Below, in pieces: positions 16,832 through 25,649 of a stretch of 64,000 bases of DNA. The stretch lies in the NCBI GenBank assembly GCA_050246635.1, contig JBFWVR010000002.1:373938-437937 (forward strand), given 5' to 3'. Positions within the stretch are counted from its first letter, which is position 1. Each line of letters opens with the position of its first letter. The stretch is from Vicinamibacterales bacterium. GTDB taxonomy: Bacteria; Acidobacteriota; Vicinamibacteria; Vicinamibacterales; UBA2999. The notes beneath the pieces were generated by a model, which saw nothing but the letters and a program-made list of their open reading frames with translations, did not search any database and was not told the DNA's origin. The position numbers were made by a program, and so were the translations under genes.

Positions 16832-19321
16832 TCACCGCGCCACGACCTCGTCGCCCGACGCGAGCTCGAGGTCCATCGGCGCGCCGGGCCGGGTGAAGAG
16901 GCCGTACCACACCCGGTACTCGCCTGCCTTGTTCCGGACCCGAACCCTGGACTGCAGGTGCAGGCCGTGCCCCTCGAGCGCGCCGGTGACGGCATCCGAG
17001 AGCTCGGTGCTGATCTCGATGAGCACCGAGCGAAGGCCGGGCGACGCCAGGACCCGCGCGGCACCGCCCAGCACGGCGAACTCCCCGCCGTCGACGTCGA
17101 GCTTGATGTGGTTCGGCAGCGGCAGCGCGGCCTGCTCGACCAGGTCGTCGAGCCGGAACGTGAGGACCGGTTGCGGGTACACCGTCGGCGCCTCGCCAGG
17201 CGCGCCGGCGCCAAGCGTGTGCCGGGCGCCGCCGGGCGCCAGGCCGATGAGGTTGAGCACACTCGCGGCGTTCGCGTCCGCGAGCGCGACGGGCAGCGGC
17301 GTGATCCGCGACGCCAGGTCGTTGAGCACCACGTTCGCGCAGAGGGCGTTCACGTTGGGATAACTCGGCTCGAACGCGACGACCCGCGCGCCGCCGGCGG
17401 GGTTGGCCGCCGCGACCAGCGAGTAGGCCCCGACGTTCGCCCCGATGTCGTAGAAGACCTCGTCGGGCCGGAACTGCCGGATCCAGGCGACCGTCCAGGG
17501 CTCCTTCGCGCAGGCGCGCAGGCGGACCCGCTCGGCCTTCGACGTGACCCGCATCCGGATCTCCGCATCCGGGAAGTCGAGCCGCTCGGCGTTGGCCCGC
17601 TGCAGCTCGAACCAGAGCTCGGATGGAATGCCGTCGACGATCCGCTCGAAGAACTGGACACGCTCCGCGTGCGACAGGGCCCCGTAGCTGCCCGCGAGCT
17701 CGGTCAGCCGCTCCTCGCGGCTGGCGGCCGCCTTGCGCGCCTCGCGGGCACGCCGCTCGTCCTCCTGCCGGGTCTTCTCGGCGAGCTTCTTCGCGATGCG
17801 CTCCTGCTTGGCCGCCTCCCGCCGCGCCCGGGCGGCATCGCGTTCCGCCTTCGCGCGCTCGGCCGCGTTCGCCTGCGCCTCGAGCTGCGCCGCCCGGCGC
17901 CGCAGCGCCGGCCGCACCGCCGTGGCCCAGGCCGGGGGCCGGGCGCCCGGCGCCCTGGGCCGGGCCGCCAGGCGCTCGAGCGCGTCGACCAGGCGAGGCG
18001 TGGCGGGCTCGCCGCGGCCGAAGGGCCTGACGAACGCATCCACGAACCGGCCACACCGATCGGCGCCAGCACCGGGCGAGGCGAGCTCGGCGTCGAGCTG
18101 CGACAGGTGCTCCTCGAACGACGCGGCCACCTGCACCAGGCCGCCGTTGGCCTGGCGCAGGTGCTCGAAGTGGATCGTGCCCTCCTGCGTGTCGCGGAAC
18201 TCCGGGGCGAGCAGCGTGAACACCGGCCGGCCGACAATGGCGCACTCGATCTCGGCTGTCGTGTTCACGCCCACCGCGGCGGCACAGTGGTAGATCGACT
18301 CGAAGTAGTCGCCGCGCGTCGCGGCGTCGACGGGCGCGGCGCCGGCTGCCGGGAAGATCGTCACGTCGCCGAGGCCCGAGCGGTCGAAGCCCTGCCACTG
18401 CTTCGCGTTCTGCGGGTGCGGCCGCACGAGCACGCCGGCGCGCCGGAGCCGCTCGGACGAGGAGGCCCGCAACTGCTCCACCCACCGGCGGACGAAGGCC
18501 GCCTCGTCGGGGGCGACGAACTTCGACGAACAGAGGTACAGCAGGTAGGGATCCGCCGACGCCAGGCCCGCGCGCGCGCAGAAGGCCTCGCGGGTACCCG
18601 CGGGCTGCCAGTCGAACCAGTGGTCGAAGGGCTGGGCGCCGGTGACGACCACGCGGTCCGCGGGAATGCCGTGGAGCCGGACGGCCTCGTCACGCATCGC
18701 GTCGTTCCAGACGGTCACCAGGTCCACCGGGTCGTGGATGAGTCCCTTGTTGGTCAGGTTGTCCCAGCTGGCGACGCACAGCACGGCCGGCACACCGGCC
18801 GCGCGAGCACTGCGCACGTAGTCGGCCTGCGGCGATCCCGGCTCCATCAGGGGCGTGACGAGCACGAGGTCGGGCCGGAGCTCGCGGACGTGCGCGTCGA
18901 TGGCCGGGTCGGTCGGGATGGCCCGGTCGGCGGCCTCGAGGATCGGCTTCAGCGCCGCACGCGCCAGCGGGCCGCGGCGCGTCCAGGCCAGGTAGCTGGC
19001 CGGGATCTCCCGCTCGACGCGCCGTCGCAGCTTCGGCGCCCGTGCGTACATCGGCGTGAGGTAGCGGAGGTAGTCGAGCACCAGCCGCACCTCCTGCCCG
19101 AGCATGCCCCACCCGTCCTCGCGCAGCGGCACGATGCCCTGCGAGAACGTCGGGTACTGCGCCGACAGCTGTCGCCCGATGTCGGTCGAGTCGAGCAGCC
19201 AGTGCGGCATGCGCGCCTGGAAGCCCACGTGCACGTGGTGCCCGCGGTCGCAGAGCAGGCGGATCGCGGACTCGAAGTTCCGGACGTAGCCGGAATGCCG
19301 CATGACGAAGAGGACTCTCAT
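16832..19321 (-). CDS. paralog family copy P6 fused via a long charged linker to a C-terminal FkbM-family methyltransferase domain
   Basis: 829-aa ORF. Motifs: ASWDNLTNKG, VWNDAMRDEAVRLHGIP, VLVRPHPQN, AVGVNTTAEIECAIVGRPV, TQEGTIHFEHLR. Linker nt ~17687-17914: AERAKAERDAARARREAAKQERIAKKLAEKTRQEDERRAREARKAAASREERL. FkbM part: VFYDIGANVGAYSL…VVAFEP…IKLDVDGGEFAVLGG. Confidence 0.85.
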   Translation of the reverse strand: MRVLFVMRHSGYVRNFESAIRLLCDRGHHVHVGFQARMPHWLLDSTDIGRQLSAQYPTFSQGIVPLREDGWGMLGQEVRLVLDYLRYLTPMYARAPKLRRRVEREIPASYLAWTRRGPLARAALKPILEAADRAIPTDPAIDAHVRELRPDLVLVTPLMEPGSPQADYVRSARAAGVPAVLCVASWDNLTNKGLIHDPVDLVTVWNDAMRDEAVRLHGIPADRVVVTGAQPFDHWFDWQPAGTREAFCARAGLASADPYLLYLCSSKFVAPDEAAFVRRWVEQLRASSSERLRRAGVLVRPHPQNAKQWQGFDRSGLGDVTIFPAAGAAPVDAATRGDYFESIYHCAAAVGVNTTAEIECAIVGRPVFTLLAPEFRDTQEGTIHFEHLRQANGGLVQVAASFEEHLSQLDAELASPGAGADRCGRFVDAFVRPFGRGEPATPRLVDALERLAARPRAPGARPPAWATAVRPALRRRAAQLEAQANAAERAKAERDAARARREAAKQERIAKKLAEKTRQEDERRAREARKAAASREERLTELAGSYGALSHAERVQFFERIVDGIPSELWFELQRANAERLDFPDAEIRMRVTSKAERVRLRACAKEPWTVAWIRQFRPDEVFYDIGANVGAYSLVAAANPAGGARVVAFEPSYPNVNALCANVVLNDLASRITPLPVALADANAASVLNLIGLAPGGARHTLGAGAPGEAPTVYPQPVLTFRLDDLVEQAALPLPNHIKLDVDGGEFAVLGGAARVLASPGLRSVLIEISTELSDAVTGALEGHGLHLQSRVRVRNKAGEYRVWYGLFTRPGAPMDLELASGDEVVAR

Positions 19322-19938
19322 CGCGCGGAGGCGGCGGGCAGCGGCCGTTCGGTGGCCACGTCGGTCCGCAGCAGCAGGAGCTTGCGCCGCGGCACGCCCT
19401 GGCGCACGAGCTCCTGGACGACCTTCTTGGGTTTGTGCAGGGCCGCCACGATGAGCGTGTCGAAGGCGACGCTCGCGTGGTCGGCAATCGGGACAACAGG
19501 CCGCCCGAAGAAGCGCTCACCGGCCTCGGCGTCGAAGACCACGACCGGCTCGAGGCCGAGCTCGTGGAGGGCCAGCATCGCGAGCTCGGCGGCCTCGCCG
19601 GTGCCGTAGATGGCCACGCGCTTCTGGCGGCCGACGCGGCCGTCGAGGTTCTGCCGCACGTGGCGGCGCGCGTCGCGGTAGAGATCCAGCGAGTACTGCA
19701 TGAACTCCATCGTCAGGCGCGCCTTGCGCGTGAGCCCGCGCGGCGTGATCAGGTAGATCAGGCGGTTCGGGCGGACCGAGACGCTCTTGATGTAGCCCTT
19801 GCGGATCAGGCGCTTCAGGTACAGGTTCGTCAGCCCGAGCGCGATGCCCAGGCGCGCCGCGAGCGTCCGCTGCGTCAGCGCGGAGTCCTGCTCGAGCGCG
19901 TCGAGCAGCTGGAGATCGCGTATCGACTCGAGATCCAT
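19318..19938 (-). CDS. winged-helix (MarR/EPS-associated type) transcriptional regulator with C-terminal Rossmann/CoA-binding-like domain
   Basis: C-terminal 206 aa of ORF 19318..20787, starting at ATG 19938 (MDLESIRDLQLLDALEQDSALTQRTLAARLGIALGLTNLYLKRLIRKGYI…). Followed by RVAIYGTGEAAELAMLALHELGLEPVVVFD. Its stop overlaps the downstream start (tcat 19318-19321). Confidence 0.75.
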   Translation of the reverse strand: MDLESIRDLQLLDALEQDSALTQRTLAARLGIALGLTNLYLKRLIRKGYIKSVSVRPNRLIYLITPRGLTRKARLTMEFMQYSLDLYRDARRHVRQNLDGRVGRQKRVAIYGTGEAAELAMLALHELGLEPVVVFDAEAGERFFGRPVVPIADHASVAFDTLIVAALHKPKKVVQELVRQGVPRRKLLLLRTDVATERPLPAASAR

Positions 19939-19952
19939 GCGGGCGCGCTCCC

Positions 19953-20846
19953 TCACAGCTGGTCGACCGACGAGCCTTCCATCCGGTCGAAGTAGATGAG
20001 GCCGCCGGTGAGCACGACGAGCATGACCCCCGTGCTGATGCCGAGGGCCATGGGGTTGAGCTCCGAGCCGGCGCCGATCGTGGCCCACTTGAAGGCCTCG
20101 ATGAAGCCGGCCATCGGGTTGAGGTAGACCAGGTGGCGGTAGTTCTCGGGCACCATCGACACCGGGTAGATCACCGGCGTCAGGTAGAACCAGAAGCGCA
20201 TGACGTAGCGGATGCCCATCTGCACGTCGCGGGCCCGCGTCTGCAGCACGCAGGTCCAGAGGCCGATCGAGATCGCGCAGGTGATCGCCAGCAGCAGGGC
20301 CACCGGGGCCATCAGCAGGCCGAGGTCCATCCGGAGGTACCAGCGGTGGTGGGCGATCAGGTAGAAGGTGATCCCCAGCAGGTACAGGGTGCAGTAGATG
20401 AAGAGGTAGACCATCGCCGGCCCCAGGCCGGACACCGGGATGACGAGGCGCGGGAAGTACACCTTCCGCACCAGGTCCCGGCTGCTGTTCATGCTCTTCG
20501 TGATGAAGATCACGCAGCGCTCGAACACGTTCCAGGTCACCGCGCCGGTGAGGAAGAACAGCAGGTAGGGCACCTCGCCGGAGTCGACCCCGACGACGCT
20601 GCCGAAGATCATGCCGCTCAGGAGGATCGGGAAGAGCGGGCGGGCGAAGAGCCAGAACTTGCCGAGCGCCGTGCCCTGGTACATCCGCTTCACGCTGCGC
20701 GACGCGAGGAACCAGGTGATGCGCCGGTACCGGATGAACTCCTTCAGGCGCGGGATCAACCCGGCGCGCTGCGGCTCGATGGTCCACGTGTCCTTGCGCC
20801 GGTCGCCGGCGCCGGCCAGCGGGAGGGTCACGGCTGTCTCAGGCAT
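19953..20846 (-). CDS. wzm: ABC-2 type polysaccharide exporter permease
   Basis: 297-aa ORF with multiple hydrophobic spans. Typical Wzm/TagG/KpsM features are present (…RRITWFLASRSVKRMYQGTALGKFWLFARPL…VYFPRLVIPVS…YLNPMAGFIEAFKW…). The start overlaps the wzt stop by 8 nt. Confidence 0.9.
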   Translation of the reverse strand: MPETAVTLPLAGAGDRRKDTWTIEPQRAGLIPRLKEFIRYRRITWFLASRSVKRMYQGTALGKFWLFARPLFPILLSGMIFGSVVGVDSGEVPYLLFFLTGAVTWNVFERCVIFITKSMNSSRDLVRKVYFPRLVIPVSGLGPAMVYLFIYCTLYLLGITFYLIAHHRWYLRMDLGLLMAPVALLLAITCAISIGLWTCVLQTRARDVQMGIRYVMRFWFYLTPVIYPVSMVPENYRHLVYLNPMAGFIEAFKWATIGAGSELNPMALGISTGVMLVVLTGGLIYFDRMEGSSVDQL

Positions 20847-22095
20847 TCTGAATCTCCGTCGGCGTCAGGAGCTTCCAGTCCAGGCGCGGGGCGAGCAGGG
20901 CCCCCTTGAGGAGCTTGCGCCGCCCCTCCACCTGTTCGGCGGTCGAGTAGCTCATGAACGACAGCGCCTTGTAGATGATGAGCGAGGACTCCTTGCCCTC
21001 GTGCTCGACGATGAGGAAGGCGTTCACGCTGTAGACGATCTCGGTGAGGAAGTGCGCCGGGATGCGGACCCAGGCCTCGTAGCCCCCGGCCTCGTCGATC
21101 GCGTGGGCCTCGGGCTCCATGCTGCGGAAGATCAGCGTCGACCGGTAGTTGACGTCGACCCCGGCCTTGATCGTGATGTTCGGCTTCCGCACGACGAAGC
21201 GGATGCGCACGAAGACGTCCTCCGATTGCGGCGCCGCGCCAATCTCCTTGCCGGCGGCGGTGACGAGGCGCGCGCCGATGAGCTCCGCGTAGCGGTTCTC
21301 ATGCCGGCCCTTCTCGCCGGCCGTGGCCTCGTTCCGCGCCCACGCCGCGTTCTGGTACTCCAGCACCACGTCGTCCGGCTCGCCGATCTTCACGACCTGC
21401 CCGGCGTTGATCCACATCACCTGGTCGCAGACGCGCGAGATGGCCTCCATGTCGTGCGAGACGAACAGGACCGTCAGGCCGTCGTGCGCGAGCTCCGCGA
21501 CGCGCTCGAGACAGCGCTCCTGGAACGCGAGATCACCCACGGCCAGGATCTCGTCCGCGAGCAGGATGTCGGGCTGCATGTTGATCGCGACCGAGAAGGC
21601 CAGCCGCAGGTACATGCCGCTCGAGAAGAACCGCAGCTCCGTCTCGACGAACTCCCCGATCTCCGCGAACTCGACGATCTTGTCGAAGTTCCGGTCGACG
21701 TCGGCCTTCGGGATCCCGTACAGCGCGGCGTTCAGGTAGACGTTCTCGCGCGCCGACGCGTCGGGGTTGAAGCCCGCGCCGAGCTCCAGCAGCGAGACCA
21801 CGCGGCCGACGCCGTGCACGCGTCCCTCGCTGGGCGGCGTCACGCGGGCGATGACCTTGAGCAGCGTGCTCTTGCCGGCCCCGTTGGCCCCGATGATGCC
21901 CAGCACGCGTCCCGGCTCCGCCCCGAAGGAGACGTTGCGCAGCGCCCAGAACTCCCGCCCCCCCGGCCCCGCCTCGCCCTTCAGGAAGCTGGTGACCGAT
22001 CGCCACGACAGCTTCGGCAGCAACGCGTTCGCGTTCTTGTCCGACTTGCTGATGTGGTAGCACTTGCCGAGATTCTCGACGGTCAGGTTGTTCAT
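20839..22095 (-). CDS. wzt: ABC exporter ATP-binding protein with C-terminal Wzt-type glycan-binding domain
   Basis: 418-aa ORF. Walker A GANGAGKST, signature FSSGMYLRLAF, Walker B ILLADEILAVGD, H-loop VSHD. An extra ~160-aa C-terminal beta-rich domain follows (…VFVRIRFVVRKPNITIKAGVDVNY…WVRIPAHFLTEIVYSVNAFLIV…). Confidence 0.9.
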   Translation of the reverse strand: MNNLTVENLGKCYHISKSDKNANALLPKLSWRSVTSFLKGEAGPGGREFWALRNVSFGAEPGRVLGIIGANGAGKSTLLKVIARVTPPSEGRVHGVGRVVSLLELGAGFNPDASARENVYLNAALYGIPKADVDRNFDKIVEFAEIGEFVETELRFFSSGMYLRLAFSVAINMQPDILLADEILAVGDLAFQERCLERVAELAHDGLTVLFVSHDMEAISRVCDQVMWINAGQVVKIGEPDDVVLEYQNAAWARNEATAGEKGRHENRYAELIGARLVTAAGKEIGAAPQSEDVFVRIRFVVRKPNITIKAGVDVNYRSTLIFRSMEPEAHAIDEAGGYEAWVRIPAHFLTEIVYSVNAFLIVEHEGKESSLIIYKALSFMSYSTAEQVEGRRKLLKGALLAPRLDWKLLTPTEIQNA

Positions 22096-22108
22096 GGTCG
22101 TTCTGTCG

Positions 22109-25100
22109 TCACTTCACCCCGCGGCCGCGCACGAACGTGCCGACGTGGTACCGCGCCTGCCGGGGAATGCGGGTGATCTGCCTGGCGAGCCGGCGCAGGC
22201 GCTCGCCGCCCGTGCGGCCCGCGTGCCCGGCGCCCTTGCGCAGGTGATGGAGCGATTGCCGCGCCGACTTGCGCGCCGCCGCGAGCCGCGCGTCCCCGGC
22301 CATGCGCCCCCGCACCGCGACCCCCCCTGCCAGCAGGAGCACCACCGGCAGGAGCGCGAGGCCCGCGGCACGCGCCGCAAGGGAACGCGCCCGCCCACGG
22401 CCACGCAGGCTGATGAGGCGGGTGGCCAGCGCATCGACGTCGCCGCCCGGCACCGGCGGCCAGAGTGCCTCGCCGGCATACCCGGTGAGCCGCGCGACCT
22501 CGCCGGCCGGGTCGGCCAGGGCCTCGCGGAGTTCGTCCAAGAGCGCGCTCGCGGACGCGCCGTGGCGCAGCCCGCCGCCGTTGGCACGGAGCAGCCACGT
22601 GAGCGGCTTCGCCACCGGGGCGGCAGGACTCGCGGGCGGCAACGCGAGAATCGCGGGCCGGCCGGCGGCCACCGCGCCGAGCAGCGCCGTGACGTGTCCG
22701 CCGACGACGGCCCTCGCGCCAGCCACCGATGCGTAGAGGAGCGCGTCGTCGCCCCGGCCGTCGGCCGGGTAGCTGGTGGGCCACAGCACCACGCCGTCGC
22801 GGTCCGCGATACCCGAGGCGTCCCACTCGGCGGTGCGCCCGGGCGCCGGCCGGATCACCACCGCCAGATCCCGCAGCCGGCTGTCGCCGCTCGTGCGCAG
22901 CGCGTCAACGAAGCTGTCGGCCAGCCGGACCTCCTGTCGAGTCGCGGCAAACGTGCCAGGTGACGCCACGTACAGGACGTAGTCACGTTCCGCATCGAGC
23001 CCGCACTGGGTTCGCAGGTCCGCGACGGCCTCCGGGGACACCCCGCGGAACGATTCCAGCGCGGTGGCGCCACTGACAACAACGGCGGCCTCGTCGACCA
23101 GTCCCGCCGCCGCGAGCGCGTGCCGATCGGCGGGGCTCCAGACCGACACCAGCGTGGGTCGGCCAAGCAGGAGGCCGTGATTGACGCCGTGCTCCCCACC
23201 GGATGCCAGGGCCGCTGCCGGCACGCCAAGCTGTCGGGCAGCCTTGAGGAGATCGATCTGGCCGGCGCTCGCCTCGGCCGCCGTCACCAGGTCCATCGCG
23301 GGCAGGACGAGCAACACGTCCGGCCGCTCGGTGTCCATCAACCCGCGGGCGCCAGCCGGGACGGGGACCGCGTGCTCGAGCAGGCCGAGCCGCCGCACGA
23401 GCCGCAACGCGCCATCGACGCCGGCAGCAGCGGTGTCCTGCAAGCCCACCGGCAGCAGGTGCCGGCGCACGCGGGTGTTCCAGTCGCCGTCCGCCACCGG
23501 CTCCTCCACGGCCGGCACGACCGGCACCAGCGTGGCAAGCCCTCCGAGCGCGGCACCGACCTCACCCCAGACACCGGTCGCGGCCGGGACGGCGCCGCGG
23601 ATCCGCGTGCCGTCCGCGGCGATCTCGAGTTGCTCGGACGGCCGACCGCGCCGCTCGCGCCCCGGCGTGTAGGTCACCGCGAGCCCGCACCCGTGTTCCC
23701 GGAGCGCGGCCAGCAGCGGCGCGTGGTGTGCGAGCGCCGCGGCTGACGGCGTGGCGACGAGCACGCGTGGAGACGCAGCCGCCCCCATCGTACTTGCGGG
23801 CCGCCTCCCCGTTGGCCACACCGCAGAGAGGATGGCCAGCGCCGCCCGTGCCACCCGATCTTCCCTCGGCGCGGGTCGCGCCGCGGGGTATCGGGCGACT
23901 TCCTGAATCAGCCGCTTGGCGGCGGCCAGCTCCGGTGCGGGCACCGGGCCGTGCGGACGGACGTACGCCCTCGCGGACCGAAGCGCCAAGGTCGACACGT
24001 CACCGCGGAACACGGCGGCCAGGTGCCGCATCGACTCGCCAATGGTGGTGGCCATGAGCGGCCAGCCGCGTCCCCGGCCGTGCAGGGCCTCGAACCGGGT
24101 GAGCTCCTCCCCCGTGTCGCTGCCGGGCAGGGCCAGGGCAATCACCGGCACCCGCACGGCCGCGCCGTCCAGCGCCGCGGCCAACCCGGTCGTGACGATG
24201 GCGTCCGCATGCTGGCAGGCTGCGGCCCACCGGGCGTCGCCGTGCCGGGCGCCTCGGGCATCCATCACGGCAACCGGCCCGAGCGCGGGCGGCAAGGCCA
24301 TCGACGCCGCGTCCGGGATCAGCACGGCGGCGCCGGCAACGTGCGCGTCTTCGTGCGTGCGGAGAACCCGCAGCCACTCCGCGACCCACGCCGTATTGGC
24401 GGCCACTGCGTCCTCCACCGACAGGACGATGAGCCTGGAATCGACGGGCAACCCCAGCGCGGCGAGCACCTCCGCGCGCGGGGGCGGATCCGCGAAGAGG
24501 TGGTTGAAGTCGGGCGCGCCGAGCACACTCACGCGTTGCGGAGGCATGCCGTGCAGGTCGATGGCTTCCCGCCGCTGTTCGCGGTTCCACACGCTGATCG
24601 CGTCGGGCCGTTCGTGCAGGTGCGCGCCGCAGGCGAGGTCGTCCCACCGGGCGGTGAGCGCCAGCGTGCTGGCACCGCGACGGTGGGCGGCGCGCGCATA
24701 ATCGACCTGCGCGCTTCCGTGCTCGAAGGGCGAGGCAAGCACCACGACGTCGGGCCGGTGCCGGTCGAGCAGCTCTGTCACGGCCGGGTCGACGGGCAAC
24801 GCGCGTTCCAGGCGGGTCAAGGTGCGGAGAGCCAGGTCGCGCGCCAGTGACAGTCCCCGGGCATCGACCGCCCGATCACGGAGTCGCAGCTGGTCGATCG
24901 CGGACCGCACCGCCGCGGCGGCCCGGGTCCTGCGTGGCGAGGCCGGCGGTGGCGCGTACCCGAGCGAGATGCGAGACGTGGTCCGCGCGAGGGCGCCAAT
25001 CGCGGTGAGCTCCTCATTGGCCGCGACCCGCTCGGCGACGACGTGCACGCGGTCGCCGCGGGCCGCGAGGCCGCGCAGCAGCCCCAGGTGCGGCGCCGCC

Positions 25101-25141
25101 GCCCCCAGGCTCGACACCACGAATACGACGCGCTCCGGCAT
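22109..25141 (-). CDS. motif-degenerate tandem double-domain member of the paralog family (D1) with predicted C-terminal membrane anchor
   Basis: 1010-aa ORF. Homology to the family is visible (RPDVVVLASPFEHGSAQVDYARAAHRRG…ARWDDLACGAHLHERPDAISVWNREQRREAIDLHGMPPQRVSVLGAPDF) but SWDNLT-KG, RPHP and QEGT-HF are not conserved. C-terminal hydrophobic stretch AAGLALLPVVLLLAGGVAV is followed by a basic tail. Confidence 0.7.
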   Translation of the reverse strand: MPERVVFVVSSLGAAAPHLGLLRGLAARGDRVHVVAERVAANEELTAIGALARTTSRISLGYAPPPASPRRTRAAAAVRSAIDQLRLRDRAVDARGLSLARDLALRTLTRLERALPVDPAVTELLDRHRPDVVVLASPFEHGSAQVDYARAAHRRGASTLALTARWDDLACGAHLHERPDAISVWNREQRREAIDLHGMPPQRVSVLGAPDFNHLFADPPPRAEVLAALGLPVDSRLIVLSVEDAVAANTAWVAEWLRVLRTHEDAHVAGAAVLIPDAASMALPPALGPVAVMDARGARHGDARWAAACQHADAIVTTGLAAALDGAAVRVPVIALALPGSDTGEELTRFEALHGRGRGWPLMATTIGESMRHLAAVFRGDVSTLALRSARAYVRPHGPVPAPELAAAKRLIQEVARYPAARPAPREDRVARAALAILSAVWPTGRRPASTMGAAASPRVLVATPSAAALAHHAPLLAALREHGCGLAVTYTPGRERRGRPSEQLEIAADGTRIRGAVPAATGVWGEVGAALGGLATLVPVVPAVEEPVADGDWNTRVRRHLLPVGLQDTAAAGVDGALRLVRRLGLLEHAVPVPAGARGLMDTERPDVLLVLPAMDLVTAAEASAGQIDLLKAARQLGVPAAALASGGEHGVNHGLLLGRPTLVSVWSPADRHALAAAGLVDEAAVVVSGATALESFRGVSPEAVADLRTQCGLDAERDYVLYVASPGTFAATRQEVRLADSFVDALRTSGDSRLRDLAVVIRPAPGRTAEWDASGIADRDGVVLWPTSYPADGRGDDALLYASVAGARAVVGGHVTALLGAVAAGRPAILALPPASPAAPVAKPLTWLLRANGGGLRHGASASALLDELREALADPAGEVARLTGYAGEALWPPVPGGDVDALATRLISLRGRGRARSLAARAAGLALLPVVLLLAGGVAVRGRMAGDARLAAARKSARQSLHHLRKGAGHAGRTGGERLRRLARQITRIPRQARYHVGTFVRGRGVK

Positions 25142-25168
25142 GACTTCTGTGAGTGGCGCGAGCGGCGA

Positions 25169-25645
25169 TCAGGCCAGCGGCTCGTTCGGTGACGCCTGTG
25201 GCCCGTGCTTGATGGCCCGCTTGCGTGCCTTGGCCTCGGCGCGCTCGGCCTCGGCCCGGGCACGCGCCGCGGCGTCGGCCGCCTCGATGCGCGAGCGGAA
25301 ACGGCGGATGACGCGGCCGGCGCACGCCACGCCGGCGCGCGACTCGAGGGGACGCGCCCGGCCGATCACCTGCATCCGCGCCAGGCCTTCGGCCACCGCC
25401 GCGACCTGCTCCGCCGTGAGCGCGGGTGTCGCGAGCGCCGGCACCTCGATCACCCGCACCGACGGCAGACCGGTGGCCGCCAGCGCTGACACCCGCTCGG
25501 TGGCCCCGGGCACCAGCACCCAGTCGGCTCCGCGCGTCGGCGTCGCGGTTACGCGGAGCACGCCGGCCGCGAGGCCGGCCGCGGCGGCCGCGGCCTCGAG
25601 CTGGCCGGCCACCGCCGGCGCTGCGCCGATGACGAGGATGCGCAC
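25169..25645 (-). CDS. small hypothetical protein (short Rossmann-like N-terminus plus A/R/E-rich tail), partner of D1
   Basis: Part of ORF 25169..25693. GTG start at 25645 (VRILVIGAAPAVAGQ…), 4 nt after the upstream stop. Third codon positions are very G+C-rich in this frame. Tail: EAADAAARARAEAERAEAKARKRAIKHG. Confidence 0.55.
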   Translation of the reverse strand: MRILVIGAAPAVAGQLEAAAAAAGLAAGVLRVTATPTRGADWVLVPGATERVSALAATGLPSVRVIEVPALATPALTAEQVAAVAEGLARMQVIGRARPLESRAGVACAGRVIRRFRSRIEAADAAARARAEAERAEAKARKRAIKHGPQASPNEPLA

Positions 25646-25649
25646 CGAC

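Noticed and set aside
14221-19609. Very long plus-strand ORFs 14221-16896 (891 aa) and 16577-19609 (1010 aa)
   Set aside because: Same artefact. They are exactly antisense to the well-supported paralog-family genes 14191-16815 and 16832-19321, and no motif is recognisable.
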